Origin: Macrostomum lignano
Lineage: Eukaryota
Direction: 5' to 3'
Length of the DNA stretch: 64,000 nt
NCBI GenBank assembly: GCA_002269645.1
Contig: NIVC01000690.1
Span: forward strand, 124,001 to 188,000
Numbering within the stretch: the first letter of the stretch is position 1; each line of letters opens with the position of its first letter. The notes under the pieces are model-generated. The model was given only the letters and a program-made list of their open reading frames with translations. It was not told where the DNA came from and ran no database searches. Shown piece after piece: positions 1 to 12,349 of the stretch. The position numbers and the translations under genes were made by a program.

Positions 1-1
1 G

Positions 2-481
2 CAGTTCAGGCGCGGCCGGGCCAGCAACAGTCTAAACGGAGCGACGCCCGATGGTCGACCGACTGAGCTGGCAACGTTTCAAAGCGCCGAGTTGGTGAAC
101 ATCAGCGCCAGAGTCTTGTTTCTAGCCTTGGCCTTGATCTGCTATCCGCCACTGGCAGTGACCGGCCTGTTCAAAGCCCACACCGTCCACAGCCGTTCCG
201 AGCTGTCTCAGAGTCTCTACCCGATTCTCTACTACATTCTGCAGCCGATCAAAAACATTCTGAGCGCTCTGTTTCACTTTGCATTCGTTGCCTACTTGCT
301 GGTGGCGCACAGGAACTCAGCTTGTCGACGCATTCTGGGGCGCAAGTACGCCGCAGTGCGCCTTCAGGCATCGGGCGACCAGTTGGAGCTTCAAGAACGC
401 AACGAAGGAGAAAGCGGCCATGAGCTGTCCGAACAGCAGCAGGCGGCTGTTCCAATGAAACGACTTGAAAATTGTACCTAA
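2..481 (+). CDS. 3' end of a probable rhodopsin-like GPCR / multi-pass membrane protein (truncated by window start)
   Basis: Frame is open from base 2 to TAA at 479-481. It has two hydrophobic helices, ISARVLFLALALICYPPLAV (CxxP resembling the TM6 CWxP motif) and LYYILQPIKNILSALFHFAFVAYLLV (TM7-like), then a basic helix-8-like segment and a polar tail. Confidence 0.45.
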   Translation, partial: QFRRGRASNSLNGATPDGRPTELATFQSAELVNISARVLFLALALICYPPLAVTGLFKAHTVHSRSELSQSLYPILYYILQPIKNILSALFHFAFVAYLLVAHRNSACRRILGRKYAAVRLQASGDQLELQERNEGESGHELSEQQQAAVPMKRLENCT

Positions 482-552
482 AATATTGTAGCATTGTCAC
501 ACTGTTGTTAAATCGATTGTGTTGTAGTGTATTTTCTTTTGTACAACTTTTG

Positions 553-1017
553 TTGCATGCCAGAACATTGGGGAGAGAAGGGAGAGAGGGGAGAAGGGGA
601 GGGAAGGGAGAGGGGGGAGAGGGGAAGAGAAGAAGGGAGAGATGAGAGAGAGAGAGAGGAGAGAGAGAAGGGAGAGAAGGGAGAGAAGGGAGAGGAGAGA
701 GAGGAGAGAGAAGGGAGGAAGGGAGAGAAGGGAGAGGGGAAAGAAGGGAGAGGGGAAGAGAAGAAGGGAAAGATAAGAGAGAGAGAGAGAGAGAGGGGAG
801 AGAGAAGGGAGGAAGGGAGAGGGGAGAGAAGGGAGAGGGGAAGAGAAGAAGGGAAAGATAAGAGAGAGAGAGAGAGAGGAGAGAGAAGGGAGGAAGGGAG
901 AGGGGAGAGAAGGGAGAGGGGAAGAGAAGAAGGGAAAGATGAGAGAGAGAGGAGAGAGAAGGGAGGAAGGGAGAGAAGGGAGAGGAGAGAGAAGGGAGAG
1001 GGGAAGAGAAGGGAAAG

Positions 1018-1101
<84 letters not shown>

Positions 1102-1136
1102 GAGAGAGAAGGAAGGGAGAGGAGAGAGAGAGAATA
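553..1136. repeat. GA-rich polypurine low-complexity repeat
   Basis: Almost only G/A, including a pure (GA)n run at about 1020-1080. Confidence 0.95.
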
Positions 1137-1696
1137 AAAGCCTGCAACCGCAGACCTCTAAAAAGATTTATACAAGCGTCGTATTATTGATATTATTCAA
1201 ATTGATAATTTTGCCACATTTTTCGATGTTATGCAAAATATTTATCCACATAATACTTTAGCCAATAGGGTATGTATTTTTTGTGTAGACGCGTAAAGTA
1301 AAGGTTAAACCGTCCCTCGGTGTTTGACTGATTTGCAGTGGGCGAACAAATCACTTTGCTACACAGCAGCTGCTGTTTTCAATGTCTGAATTGATTGATT
1401 GGGTGTTAGTATTTTATACCGATTGACACGATGGCAATGCAAAGCTCTGACAAACACATATTTATTGGATTTGTCTGCGCAGTTTGAGTCAAACGCATTA
1501 TGACTGCAGTCAGGAGAGGGAAGAAACAAATATACTCGTAGGAAATTTTACTCCAATAGGTTTTGCGTTATTCTAAAATAGTTTTGTACAATTTTCTTTA
1601 ACATTGAGTAGGTAATTCATCACGCTACAAGATTAAGGAGTCATTGAGTGAGACTGTGCATGCAGAAGTGCAGGTAAGTTGTTGAGATGAAGAAAA

Positions 1697-2170
1697 CGTA
1701 GGGGAGAGAAAAGGGAGAGGAAGGGAGAGAGGAAGGGAGAGGAAAGGAGAGGAAAGGAGAGGAAAGGAGAGGAAAGGAGAGAGGAAGGGAGAGGAAGGGA
1801 GAGAGGAAGGGAGAGGAAGGGAGAGAAAGGGAGAGGAAGGGAGAGGAAGGGAGAGAAAGGGAGATGAAGGGAGAGGAATGGAGAGAAAGGGAGAGAAAGG
1901 GAGATGAAGGGAGAGGAATGGAGAGGAAGGGAGAGGAAGGGAGATGAAGGGAGAGAAATGGAGAGAAATGGAGAGAAAGGGAGAGAAAGGGAGATGAAGG
2001 GAGAGAAAGGGAGAGGAAGCGAGAGAGGAAGGGAGAGAAAGGGAGAGGAAGGAGAGAGGAAGTGAGAGAGGAGTGGTAAAAGAAACAGAAGTAGGAGCAA
2101 AAAAGACAAAGGAAAGAAAGATGAAAGGGAGAGGGAGAAGAGAGTTAGGGAGAAAAGGAAGGGAGAGAAT
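1697..2170. repeat. GA-rich polypurine repeat (~10-12 bp units, GGGAGAGGAA)
   Basis: Direct reading of the sequence. Confidence 0.9.
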
Positions 2171-2761
2171 GATAAATGACATTGCAAGCAGGTGTGGAGT
2201 GTGTGATCAACAGCAGAATAATGTCAGAGGTGCACATTGATTCATGTCAGAATTAAAAGCAAAAGCAGAAAATCTCACCCCTTGTATGGCCTGAAGCATG
2301 ACAAAAAATTAAAATAATCATGTATCAGTGAGTCAACTAAAAAAACAGCTGAAGCCACTAGCTATCTGATTATTACAGAGTTCGGTTACATCTAATTACA
2401 GACAGTTTTACTGTCTGTTCAACTTCATTGAGTACCATTTTTCCTATGTGTTGTACAGTTGCGTCAAGTCCACATTAGCACTACCCCTCTGACGTAGATA
2501 GACTGCAAGCTTTACGCGAGTTTTTTCAGCCCCACCCCAACCCCCCCCCCCCCCGGATTTACAGCAGACTAAAAGCCGTGGCGGAGTTGAGATAAAAGCA
2601 GAACAAGTTCAACGAACTGGAATTCCTTCGTTTCGACCGTCAGAGAATCTTCCGTGTAAGAGAAATGCAATACCATACTTGGTAATGAGCGATTAGAGCA
2701 AGCATTAGTGTACTCCAACAGCTTTGTAATGCACTGTAGACGCCTAGATATGTGTCCTTAT

Positions 2762-4230
2762 TGGCGCCCTAAATCTGTCAACGTTGGCGCCATAATCTGT
2801 CATCACTGCCGCCCTAAATCTGTCATCACTGCCGCCCTAAATCTGTCATCACTGCCGCCCTAAATCTGTCATCACTGCCGCCCTAAATCTGTCATCACTG
2901 CCGCCCTAAATCTGTCATCACTGCCGCCCTAAATCTGTCATCACTGCCGCCCTAAATCTGTCATCACTGCCGCCCTAAATCTGTCATCACTGCCGCCCTA
3001 AATCTGTCATCACTGCCGCCCTAAATCTGTCATCACTGCCGCCCTAAATCTGTCATCACTGCCGCCCTAAATCTGTCATCACTGCCGCCCTAAATCTGTC
3101 ATCACTGCCGCCCTAAATCTGTCATCACTGCCGCCCTAAATCTGTCATCACTGCCGCCCTAAATCTGTCATCACTGCCGCCCTAAATCTGTCATCACTGC
3201 CGCCCTAAATCTGTCATCACTGCCGCCCTAAATCTGTCATCACTGCCGCCCTAAATCTGTCATCACTGCCGCCCTAAATCTGTCAACATTGGCGCCCTAA
3301 ATCTGTCATCACTGCCGCCCTAAATCTGTCATCACTGCCGCCCTAAATCTGTCATCACTGCCGCCCTAAATCTGTCATCACTGCCGCCCTAAATCTGTCA
3401 ACATTGGCGCCCTAAATCTGTCATCACTGCCGCCCTAAATCTGTCATCACTGCCGCCCTAAATCTGTCATCACTGCCGCCCTAAATCTGTCATCACTGCC
3501 GCCCTAAATCTGTCATCACTGCCGCCTAAATCTGTCAACATTGACACCCTAAATCTGTAATATTATTGACACCCTAAATCTAATATTATTGACACCCTAA
3601 ATCTGTAATATTATTGACGCCCTAAATCTGTAATATTATTGACGCCCTAAATCTGTAATATTATTGACACCCTAAATCTGTAATATTATTGACGCCCTAA
3701 ATCTGTAATATTATTGACACCCTAGATCTGTAATATTATTGACGCCCTAAATCTGTAATATTATTGACGCCCTAAATCTGTAATATTATTGACGCCCTAA
3801 ATCTGTAATATTATAGACACCCTAGATCTGTAATATTATTGACACCCTAAATCTGTAATATTATTGACACCCTAAATCTGTAATATTATTGACGCCCTAA
3901 ATCTGTAATATTATTGACGCCCTAGATCTGTAATATTATTGACGCCCTAGATCTGTAATATTATTGACACCCTAGATCTGTAATATTATTGACACCCTAG
4001 ATCTGTAATATTATTGACACCCTAGATCTGTAATATTATTGACACCCTAAATCTGTAATATTATTGACACCCTAAATCTGTAATATTATTGACACCCTAA
4101 ATCTGTAATATTATTGACACCCTAAATCTGTAATATTATTGACACCCTAGATCTGTAATATTATTGACACCCTAAATCTGTAATATTATTGACACCCTAA
4201 ATCTGTAATATTATTGACGCCCTAAATCTG
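2762..4230. repeat. Two-phase minisatellite: 23-bp unit (CCCTAAATCTGTCATCACTGCCG) to about 3545, then 25-bp unit (CCCTAAATCTGTAATATTATTGACA)
   Basis: Periodicity read directly. Both units share the core CCCTAAATCTGT. Confidence 0.95.
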
Positions 4231-4721
4231 TGTCACAGAAAAGGAGGTTAAACAAAACTTTTGTGCAACAGAATCAAACAGCAGTATAGTTGGTTCTCTG
4301 TCCTGTGTTCATGTAGCAAATTAGAACTTTTAAGATGGACACAGCGTCAATTCTCAGTAAATCTGTCTGATAATAATGAAGCAGCGCATTGATCGCTAAA
4401 ATTAGTATCAGTTCCTGTCGGAACAACCTGAATCGCTACGACTATGCGAGGGCATATATTCGCGATGTCGCCGTAGGCGTCACATCAACTAAAATAATAA
4501 GCAGATACAGCTGAGCGAATACAGTTGCCCCCCATCCGCGGCGAAGACTCAAAAAATACAATAACAACTTTTTCTTACGCGCCATGCCCCCAAATCATTA
4601 TAAAGTGCGCCCCCGCCCTCGACACGGCCTTGAAGTTCAAATACAAAACTAAGCTCACGTGCCCAAGGTTTAAAAGTCCTTTAGTTAGGCAAAATATCGT
4701 GCGGCCAAAAGGGGTGTGGCC

Positions 4722-7700
4722 CACAGACCAATAAGTATAACTAGACTGCGCGTGTGGGGCAAGAAATGTGTGCCTCTTTCCAAGTAGGAAAAATGGCACT
4801 CCAGCTCCCACCCCCTCACGATCGATATTTTTGGCTTCCTTTCCCTTCCTACCCCTCTGTCATTGGGCCCGCTGTATTAATTGTTGCCTTTTGCCATGGA
4901 ACACGGATTGCTAACCATTTAACCAACTTTATGTGCAACTAGCAATTTAACAGTTTAAATCCAGTATTATTTTTCGATTTATTAAAAACTAAAAAACCGT
5001 ACAAAACGCTTGCAGACAAAATGAGACCTTTTTGTTGTTGCTGATAGCATACGAGCTAGAAGCAGTAATAAAAGTAAATAAATAGCTCACCTGGTTTCGA
5101 ATATACTATAGATTAAGAAATATCGCTGCTCGAAGTAGTCTCTGCCTCCTTCCTGGTCTTCTTCCTGCGCGAGAAAGTTCTTTAGCTAGTTTTTTCATTC
5201 TGATCTTTATGAAGAGCCCGGCCATGACTCGAATTAAATGGAGCTTGTGCGACTCAATGCCGCTGCTTGCGGATGCCGAATGCGAGTCAAGCTCAGGGAA
5301 CAGATTGCTCGACATGCGCAAAGTCTCGTGAACTGCTACGTCACTGGAGAATTGGCTGTTATAGCTGGCACGTCGAATAACAGACTCAGCACTGAGCAGC
5401 ACACGGAAGACATCGCTGCTGGGAAAAATCAAGCCGCCAGTTCCTTCCTTGTTCAAAACATTCTTCAAGGCAACAAGTGAGCAAGGGGCACGAAAAGCTG
5501 GTGGCGTCTCGGAGCTGGCAGTCAGAGCTGACCTGCACGTAGCACATTCGACAACTTTCAACATGCTTCGCACAACTGCTCCGGCAATATAGTACACAAT
5601 AGACTGGCAAATCTCACAATTAGATGCATTCATGCAGTGCTGGATGGATTCAAGACTCAGTCCCATATCATTCTGAACTTTCATCTTCCACTGCTTCTGT
5701 GCTGATTCAGCTGATGATGGTAGGCATGACAAGGACAGTTGAATGGTGGCATCCTGCTGCTTCACATTCGGGCTGACAGACTGGAGAATCCCACCTCCGG
5801 CATGCACCAGCAGCTGCCTAAATGCCGAGCGAAACTGCTTTGGTGTCGGGTTGTGGTTCCAGCCATTTCGAAGCCTGACTGCATTAAAGAATAGTTCTAG
5901 AAAGTCCTGAGACAGCTTGTAAGTGCAAAGAAAGAAGAATTCGCCAGTTGAAAATAAATACTTGGCAAGCGCAATAACGGCATGGCAATTGGTGATGAAG
6001 CCTAAAAATCCTGTCTTCTTTGCAGTGTCAACGATTTTGCATCTAGCTGGAGTTTCTAAGCTCTTGAGAAGCTGGATCGAGTCAGTGAAGAAGTCGATCC
6101 AGTCAGACTGGTTGTCAGCTCTTAGAGCCATTTTAGCCCCATAATTTACCAGTCGCTTCGAGTTGAACGCATCGAACAGATCATTGATGTGCTCAATAAA
6201 ATCTGCTGTCACTAATACATCGGAATGATCAAATCCGGCCAAGCCTTGCTTGTGCACCCATCGTAATGAGTCAGCCACCGACTTACTAAAAAGTTGTGAG
6301 GCCAAATAAACTTTCATCTTTAAATTAGCAAAGTTAATGTGATTCCTGCTCAGCTTATTGCCCAGTCTGAGTCCATGGCTCTCCTGTACTTGCTGCAACA
6401 TGCACACATATTTCCAATCAATATTTCCTCTGTCCGGCCAAACAAATGTTCCCAGGGACTGCCACTGGTTTCGAATCAGCTTCAACATGTGCGGCACATC
6501 CAAGAAGGCTGAAACCTGAATGCCGGGATCGCAGGGGTGTGGGAAAGAGGAAACTGTCTCATTGGGAGAGCTTATTCTGGCACCAAGAAGCTCGATCGTT
6601 CAAATATTGTGCTGAGTCCCATCGCATGTAAATGATGAGGCAATAACGCCAACCTGGTAGAGCCGCTGGATTGATTCCTCTACGACACTTGAAAGAAATT
6701 CGCCATCAACTCCGCTCACTAGAAAATATCCTAAAGGTAGCTTCCAATAGCTCTTGAGACCCACTGCCATCACTACCAATGCTGAAGTTGCCTCCTGATC
6801 AGTTGACTTGCCATCGCCTTTGTCAACATAGCCAAAGAAACTGCCTTCATTTGAATTCCACTCAACCATCGCTTCCAGTGACATTTCATCAGCTACAACG
6901 TTGCAGTAGTCGAAGGATCGGTCATCATTGGAGCTGCGTCGCCGAGAAAGTTCCTGAAAGGCTTGGTCACAAAATCCTGGAAGGCATTTCGCATTCGAGA
7001 GCCATCTTCTAAGCGAAGCTGGATGCGGAAGCTGAAAGTACTGTCTCACATACGCATAGGCCTTCGGGCTGTAAAAGTGCAATGTGGAGGCGAATTTCCG
7101 CACTTCGTGGGAGAATATTCTTGTCCTCTTGGTAATCTTGCTTGGCAAAATGCTGCTAAGCAGTGAATCGGAGGTCAAGAAATTCAGCCGAGATGCAGCA
7201 GCTTCATTCAAACTACATTTGGCCCTTAACTCTCGAATCACATCTTTCAGGGTCTTGGCTCTTTGTTTAATTTGCCTATGCTTTGAGCGCAGTGATCGAA
7301 TTTTGCGGTACTTGCTCTGGAGCGACCGCCTTAAGATTTCAACAGCCTTTGCACTTTTCTTGAACCGGCTATGAGTAGATAGAAGCCTTCTGTATCTGCG
7401 CCGAAGATTTTTAAGTGCTCTCACCTTCTTGTCGAATTCTTCTCTGGGCACGCAGTTAACATGGATGTCCGGTCCAGGATCTTCATCTTCCTTGGCAGCC
7501 ACTGGAGCTTCCGGCTCGCTGCTCTCTGTTGATTTACAAAATGCAGCGAAATCAACTTCGCGAGCTGCGGCCGCGGTGGCAGTCTTCCGTTTCTTCTCAG
7601 CTTTCGGCTGCAGATGGTCAGGGAACGCCGGGAAGATGGAAGGAACGGCATTTGGATATAGCCGTCTTTTGACGCTAGGCAGAAAGCCTGCAAATTGCTC

Positions 7701-8226
7701 TTTGAAGCAAGATTCCTCAAAATGCATTGAGCAGACTTGCGTGGATGGCGATGGCTCAAAATCTTTTCTTCTCAGCGCTATCAGCCACTTTTTCCTTATT
7801 TCCTTGTCCTTTGGAAAAGTATGAAAGGACACTCCCGCCAAAGACATTGCTGAGTTGTTCGAGCAGCCAGCAGCGCAGCAAAAGCTGCCGTAATTTCCTT
7901 TTCTTTTCCTCGGCAATTTAGAAGATTCAGGTTGTTCTTCAATTTCGTTTTGAGAAATTATTAATTTGTTAATAACTTTGCTTAGCTGTTTAAGGTTAGT
8001 ACAGCATTGCTATTGTGGTCCCCAAGCCGCATTAATATACATGTTAATTTAAAAAAGGGCAGTGCAGACAGCTGAAGAAGGGTCAGGTCAGTCTTCCCCA
8101 AGCCAAAAATATCGATCGTTTTGGGCTGGGGTAGAGAGGACCATTTTTTGCTTTGTCATTTTGTCAAAAAACGAGCCCACGCAAGCAATGCTGGATGCGC
8201 AGTCTAGTTATACTTATTGGTCTGTG
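4722..8226 (-). mobile_element. Full-length P-superfamily (THAP-transposase) DNA transposon, 3505 bp
   Basis: Perfect 30-bp TIRs CACAGACCAATAAGTATAACTAGACTGCGC at 4722-4751 and 8197-8226. 8-bp TSD GTGTGGCC at 4714-4721 and 8227-8234. Internal THAP-transposase ORFs. Confidence 0.95.
5106..7916 (-). pseudogene. THAP-domain P-element transposase (THAP9-like), ~936 codons, interrupted by one in-frame TGA at 6600-6602
   Basis: N-terminal C2CH THAP zinc finger (CCAAGC...HTFP...W...VCSMHF), coiled coil, and P-transposase motifs LHFYSPKAYAYVR, LPHPASLRRW, DEMSL, WKLPLGYF, TCDG, DVPHMLKLIRN, MKVYLASQLFSKSVA, TYKLSQDFLELFFNAVR. The 96 nt between the two listed ORFs read through in frame (TIELLGARISSPNETVSSFPHPCDPGIQVSAF). 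Confidence 0.9.
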
Positions 8227-10776
8227 GTGTGGCCGTGTTTTTCTTCACTTTTAGCCGCAACTTGATCATGCTGCGGGTTGTAAAGCTTATATTGGAAATG
8301 ATTTCAAAGTTTCAGCAAATAGTTGGTCATGCATAGGACTGATCAGGATTAGTGCTACGTACATGACTGTTTTGGTTATATGGGCAGAGCAGCTTATGGC
8401 AAGAAACTTAGTCAAGAGATGATTTGTTAGTCTGTATCGATTTTGTTAAAAGTTTGTCTAAATCATTCATTCTCGTCCATATCAGACATTCTTTGATACT
8501 GACGAGAGAGCATTATGTATTGCAGACTATAAAACATTCATGAGACTTTTTCCGACATTTGATTTCATTTCATTCCTACAGGTGTCAAATTCAGACACAG
8601 AGGCGCGTCGCCAAGGGGCCGATCTGTGTCCTAAACAGCAATTTCTGGTGGCACCAATATACTAATTCTTTGTCATCTATTCGCCAGAACAATTTAAATA
8701 GCTCGTATCTCCGTGGTCAAAGAACCCGTAAAAATAGCAAAAGAAAACAATAGGCCGAAAGAATAAAGTGAGCAGAAAGTGAGTAAAAAGAAAAAAATAC
8801 ATGGACTACTAAAGTACATGTAGAAGGACTCACCATAAAATGGCACGACTCGGCCGGCTCATTGGTTTTATGAGTCTGTTTTGTCATTGTTATCTGACTG
8901 ATTGTGTAACAGAGATGATAAGATAGATTCATAAAACCAAATATTCAAGCTGTGCTTTTAATGATTTTTAGGTACAGGAAATGTACGTGGAATAAAAAAT
9001 TAACATAGAATCCTGATTTTCTGAACGAAAAGCTTTTTGAATATCAATAGAACAATAAGAAAGGCACAACATATCAAAAGATGAACACTGGATCTGCCTC
9101 CTATCGAAAGCAATAACATTTTTGTGCTGAAAAAGTGAGAATTTCCTACATGTATCTCCGTAGTGTATTTTTGAAGTAGCCTCCAAAACTTCTTTTCCAT
9201 GAAACGTGAGTGTCGCATCCTGTATATACGTTGGTTTAAGTTGTCTTTGAAAGAATATCTAGGAAGTTCTTAATATCCCAGACGATAATAAACCCAGACG
9301 TCAAGCATATGGAAAGTGTTGTCTCAATAGAACTTAAAAAATGAAAAAATCGGTAAAAAAAATCACTTCCCTGTGCTCACTATTAAAGTTCTGGAGCAAA
9401 ACTTGTTCAATGACCTTATATAGGATTTTAATATTGACTGCACTATTGACTTAGTCTTCATTTGGTATCAAAATATAAAATACATTGCATGCAAGTCCTC
9501 GGTTGAGCCAACAGACAAGTGCAGAAGCTGGAGACGTAAACTTCTCAAGGTCTATTCCCCGATCCTCAACAACAACAGCTAAATTAAACTGCTGTCACAT
9601 CCTTATAACTACTAATCAGACTTGCCGGCAACGTCAGAAACAATGCTGAAAACTTTTTGTTTTTGTTCGCATAAAAAGTGCTCAGAAAAAAAACTTCATT
9701 GTGCACACGGGGTCGACCAGGGAATCTCATGGAATACGAACGACTGACTGACTGAGAGCTGAAAAATCAGTGCTGCAGGGATGCGCGAAACAAATTAACG
9801 GTTAGTTGCAGACATTTGCTATTTGTAAAAGCGCCACTCTCTTTTCTCTTCTCACGGCTCTAATTTGATTTCATTTGCTTAAAGGAAAACGCGTGTCGAC
9901 CTATTGTGTTCTTCATTTTCAGCTTCAGCAAACTAATGAAACAAACTTACTCAAATAAAGCAATATTGACAATCGGTTTTGCTCAAATGCATGATTCTTT
10001 ATTGCTTTCTAGACACAGCGGAAGTAGAAATCTACAATTTGTCAGATTTTTTTTCAAAAAAGTGATTTGAAAATTAAAAAATAACCGCCTCCTTCTTTTA
10101 AGAAATACTAGAAGCCTGTTTTTTGGATTTTCGCCCACTAAATTAATTGCGTTTTGTTAATATTTCGTTGGATGGATGTCAACTTAGATTAACGGTTGTA
10201 CTACAAATAAGAATTATCAAGCCGAAAAATTGAAAGTTGAAGTGTCTTCACCTATGAATCACGTATGCACACGAAATTTATGTAAAAATTTGGATTATGA
10301 TAGCGACAGCTATGTAACTGGATCTTATTCTACCAAAGATTCGAGTCCACGGCCCATGGCAAGTAAAATATATCAATAAAACTACGGGGAGTCCACTATG
10401 AAATATACCAATATTGATGGGCTGCAGAGGGCAGAAATGAGCTATAACGCCGAGGCTAACGTGTCAGCTCGTATCTGCCCGATGCGGCCCATCCATATTA
10501 AGTTTTATATAGTTAGCGGGCGTGAAACCGCGTTTCGCAGCTCTCTGAGACTGTCTATGGTAAAATCCCATTTACTCCAACGCATTCGATCAGTCGGTTT
10601 CACGGCCCGCTGAAAATGTCTATGGCAAAGTCAGAAGAAAGCGGCCGGTCAAGGGGGCGCTGAGCCCCTTTGCGGGGGTTTGAGGGCGGAGCCCCCACAT
10701 TTTCACACCACCAGCACTCTAGACAAAGAAAGAAAGAATGAAATCTAACAAAATTTCTATGGCCAATACCTTTTCA

Positions 10777-11661
10777 ACTTCGGATTTGTCAAAAGTGAGT
10801 TCAAATTCGTCAGCGTATGCAAAACTATATAAGCGCTCAAAGGGAAGAGAAGGAGTGTCTATGGTAAATTTTTAGAGAAAGTGACTTCGAATTCGTCTAA
10901 GTAAGTGAAATTCGTCAGTGCAAATGCAGCCTGATCAGAAAAAGTGTTTGCTTTGTCCTTGGTAAGAAAAGAAGGTGTCTATGGTAAATTTAAGTAAGAA
11001 AGTGAGTGAAGTTCGTCTGTGGAAAAGTAAGCCAATTTCTTGAAATCTTCATTTCATGCTTTGATTGTTGTCAGAGATGCCCTACATGAGAATTTCGCCT
11101 GTGGATCGCTCTAGACTCGTGCGATGTTTTCAACAAGGACGAGACTGGAGACAACTCGCAATTGAACTGGATATCAAGAGGACAACTGCCAGTGACATCA
11201 TCAGGAGATATGTTGATGAGGGTAGGATCGATCTTAACGCGCGTGGAGGTGCAGTGAGACTAAAGTTTTCTGAGGAGATGCTCGGGGCGTTGACGAGGTA
11301 TGTGAAAGAGAAGCCGACTGTGACCCTCAAAGAAATGCAGCAAAAGCTTGTTGCAGATTTTCCTGCTGCTCTTGCTGTGACAACGCAGGCAATCAGTCGT
11401 CGGCTTGACGGGACTTTGTGCGTTACATTGGCTGTTTACTTAAATTTACCATAGACACCTTCTTTTCTTACCAAGGACAAAGCAAACACTTTTTCTGATC
11501 AGGCTGCATTTGCACTGACGAATTTTACTTACTTAGACGAATTCGAAGTCACTTTCTCTAAAAATTTACCATAGACACTCATTCTCTTCATATTATCATA
11601 GAGCGCTATATAGTTTTGCATAAGCTGACGAATTTGAACTCACTTTTGACGAATCCGAAGT
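10777..11661 (+). mobile_element. Non-autonomous Tc1/IS630-type element with ~220-bp inverted repeats and a truncated transposase
   Basis: 10777-10997 is the near-perfect reverse complement of 11436-11661. The enclosed ORF encodes only the HTH region. Exact outer termini and TA TSD not resolved. Confidence 0.75.
11077..11454 (+). pseudogene. N-terminal paired-HTH fragment of a Tc1/IS630-like transposase (no DDE domain)
   Basis: MPYMRISPVDRSRLV...LAIELDIKRTTASDIIRRY...RGG...K...PTVTLKEMQQKL...VTTQAISRRL has the two-HTH plus GRxR-type linker layout. The ORF runs into the right inverted repeat. Confidence 0.7.
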
Positions 11662-11855
11662 AACTGATACTAAACATTATTAAGCACCAATAAGCTTTAC
11701 TTTTAAAATAGACAAGTTTTGGAAACTTTAATCTCACATGCATACGAGGTTTTTTACTTATTGAAGTCGGCCATAGATTATTGCAGCGGGCGGGATGCCG
11801 TGTGTGTTTCACCCCGTTTCAACACGCCTAGGCTAACTATAATGTAAATCTCGAT

Positions 11856-12349
11856 GGGGTGCTTTCACAAGGTCGAAATTTCACAACGTCGAAACTTCAC
11901 AAGGTCGAAATTTCACAACATCGAAAACTTTAGCAAGAGACTTCATAAGGTCGAAATTTCATAAGGTCGAAATTTCACAACATCGAAAACTCAAATAGCA
12001 GCCACTTTCACAAGGTCGAAACTTCACAAGGTCGAAATTTCACAACATCGAAAAATCTAGCAAGAGATTTCATAAGGTCGAAATTTCACAAGGTCGAAAT
12101 TTCATAACATCGAAAACTCAAGTGCAGCCACTTTCACAAAGTCGAAACTTCATAAGCTCGAAATTTCACAAAGTCGAAAATTTTATCTATCAAGAACCAT
12201 ACAGTAGTTTTCTACGTTGTGAAATTTCGACCTTATGAAATTTCGACCTTATGAAGTCTCTTGCTAAAGTTTTAGATGTGGTGAAATTTCGACCTTGTGA
12301 AAGAAGGTGCTTTCGACGTTGTGAAATTTCGAGTTTGTGAAACCCCCCC
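11856..12349. mobile_element. MITE, 494 bp, GGGG...CCCC termini, internal AAGGTCGAAATTTCACA repeats in foldback arrangement
   Basis: 8-bp TSD ATCTCGAT at 11848-11855 and 12350-12357. The ~16-17-bp motif is direct on the left and inverted from about 12215. Confidence 0.8.

Noticed and set aside
497-2187. Leu/Ser/Pro-rich and Glu/Arg/Gly-rich ORFs
   Set aside because: Translations of GA/CT low-complexity tracts.
2762-4230. CRISPR-like appearance of regular 23-35-bp repeats (also 28598-29140, 53157-54212, 61447-62287)
   Set aside because: Units are head-to-tail with no unique spacers, there are no cas genes, and the context is eukaryotic.
6597-6602. Selenocysteine or programmed readthrough at the P-transposase TGA
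   Set aside because: The context TGA-ACG is not a canonical leaky TGA-CTAG/CARYYA, no SECIS was recognised, and the position is not a catalytic Cys. Kept only as a testable alternative.
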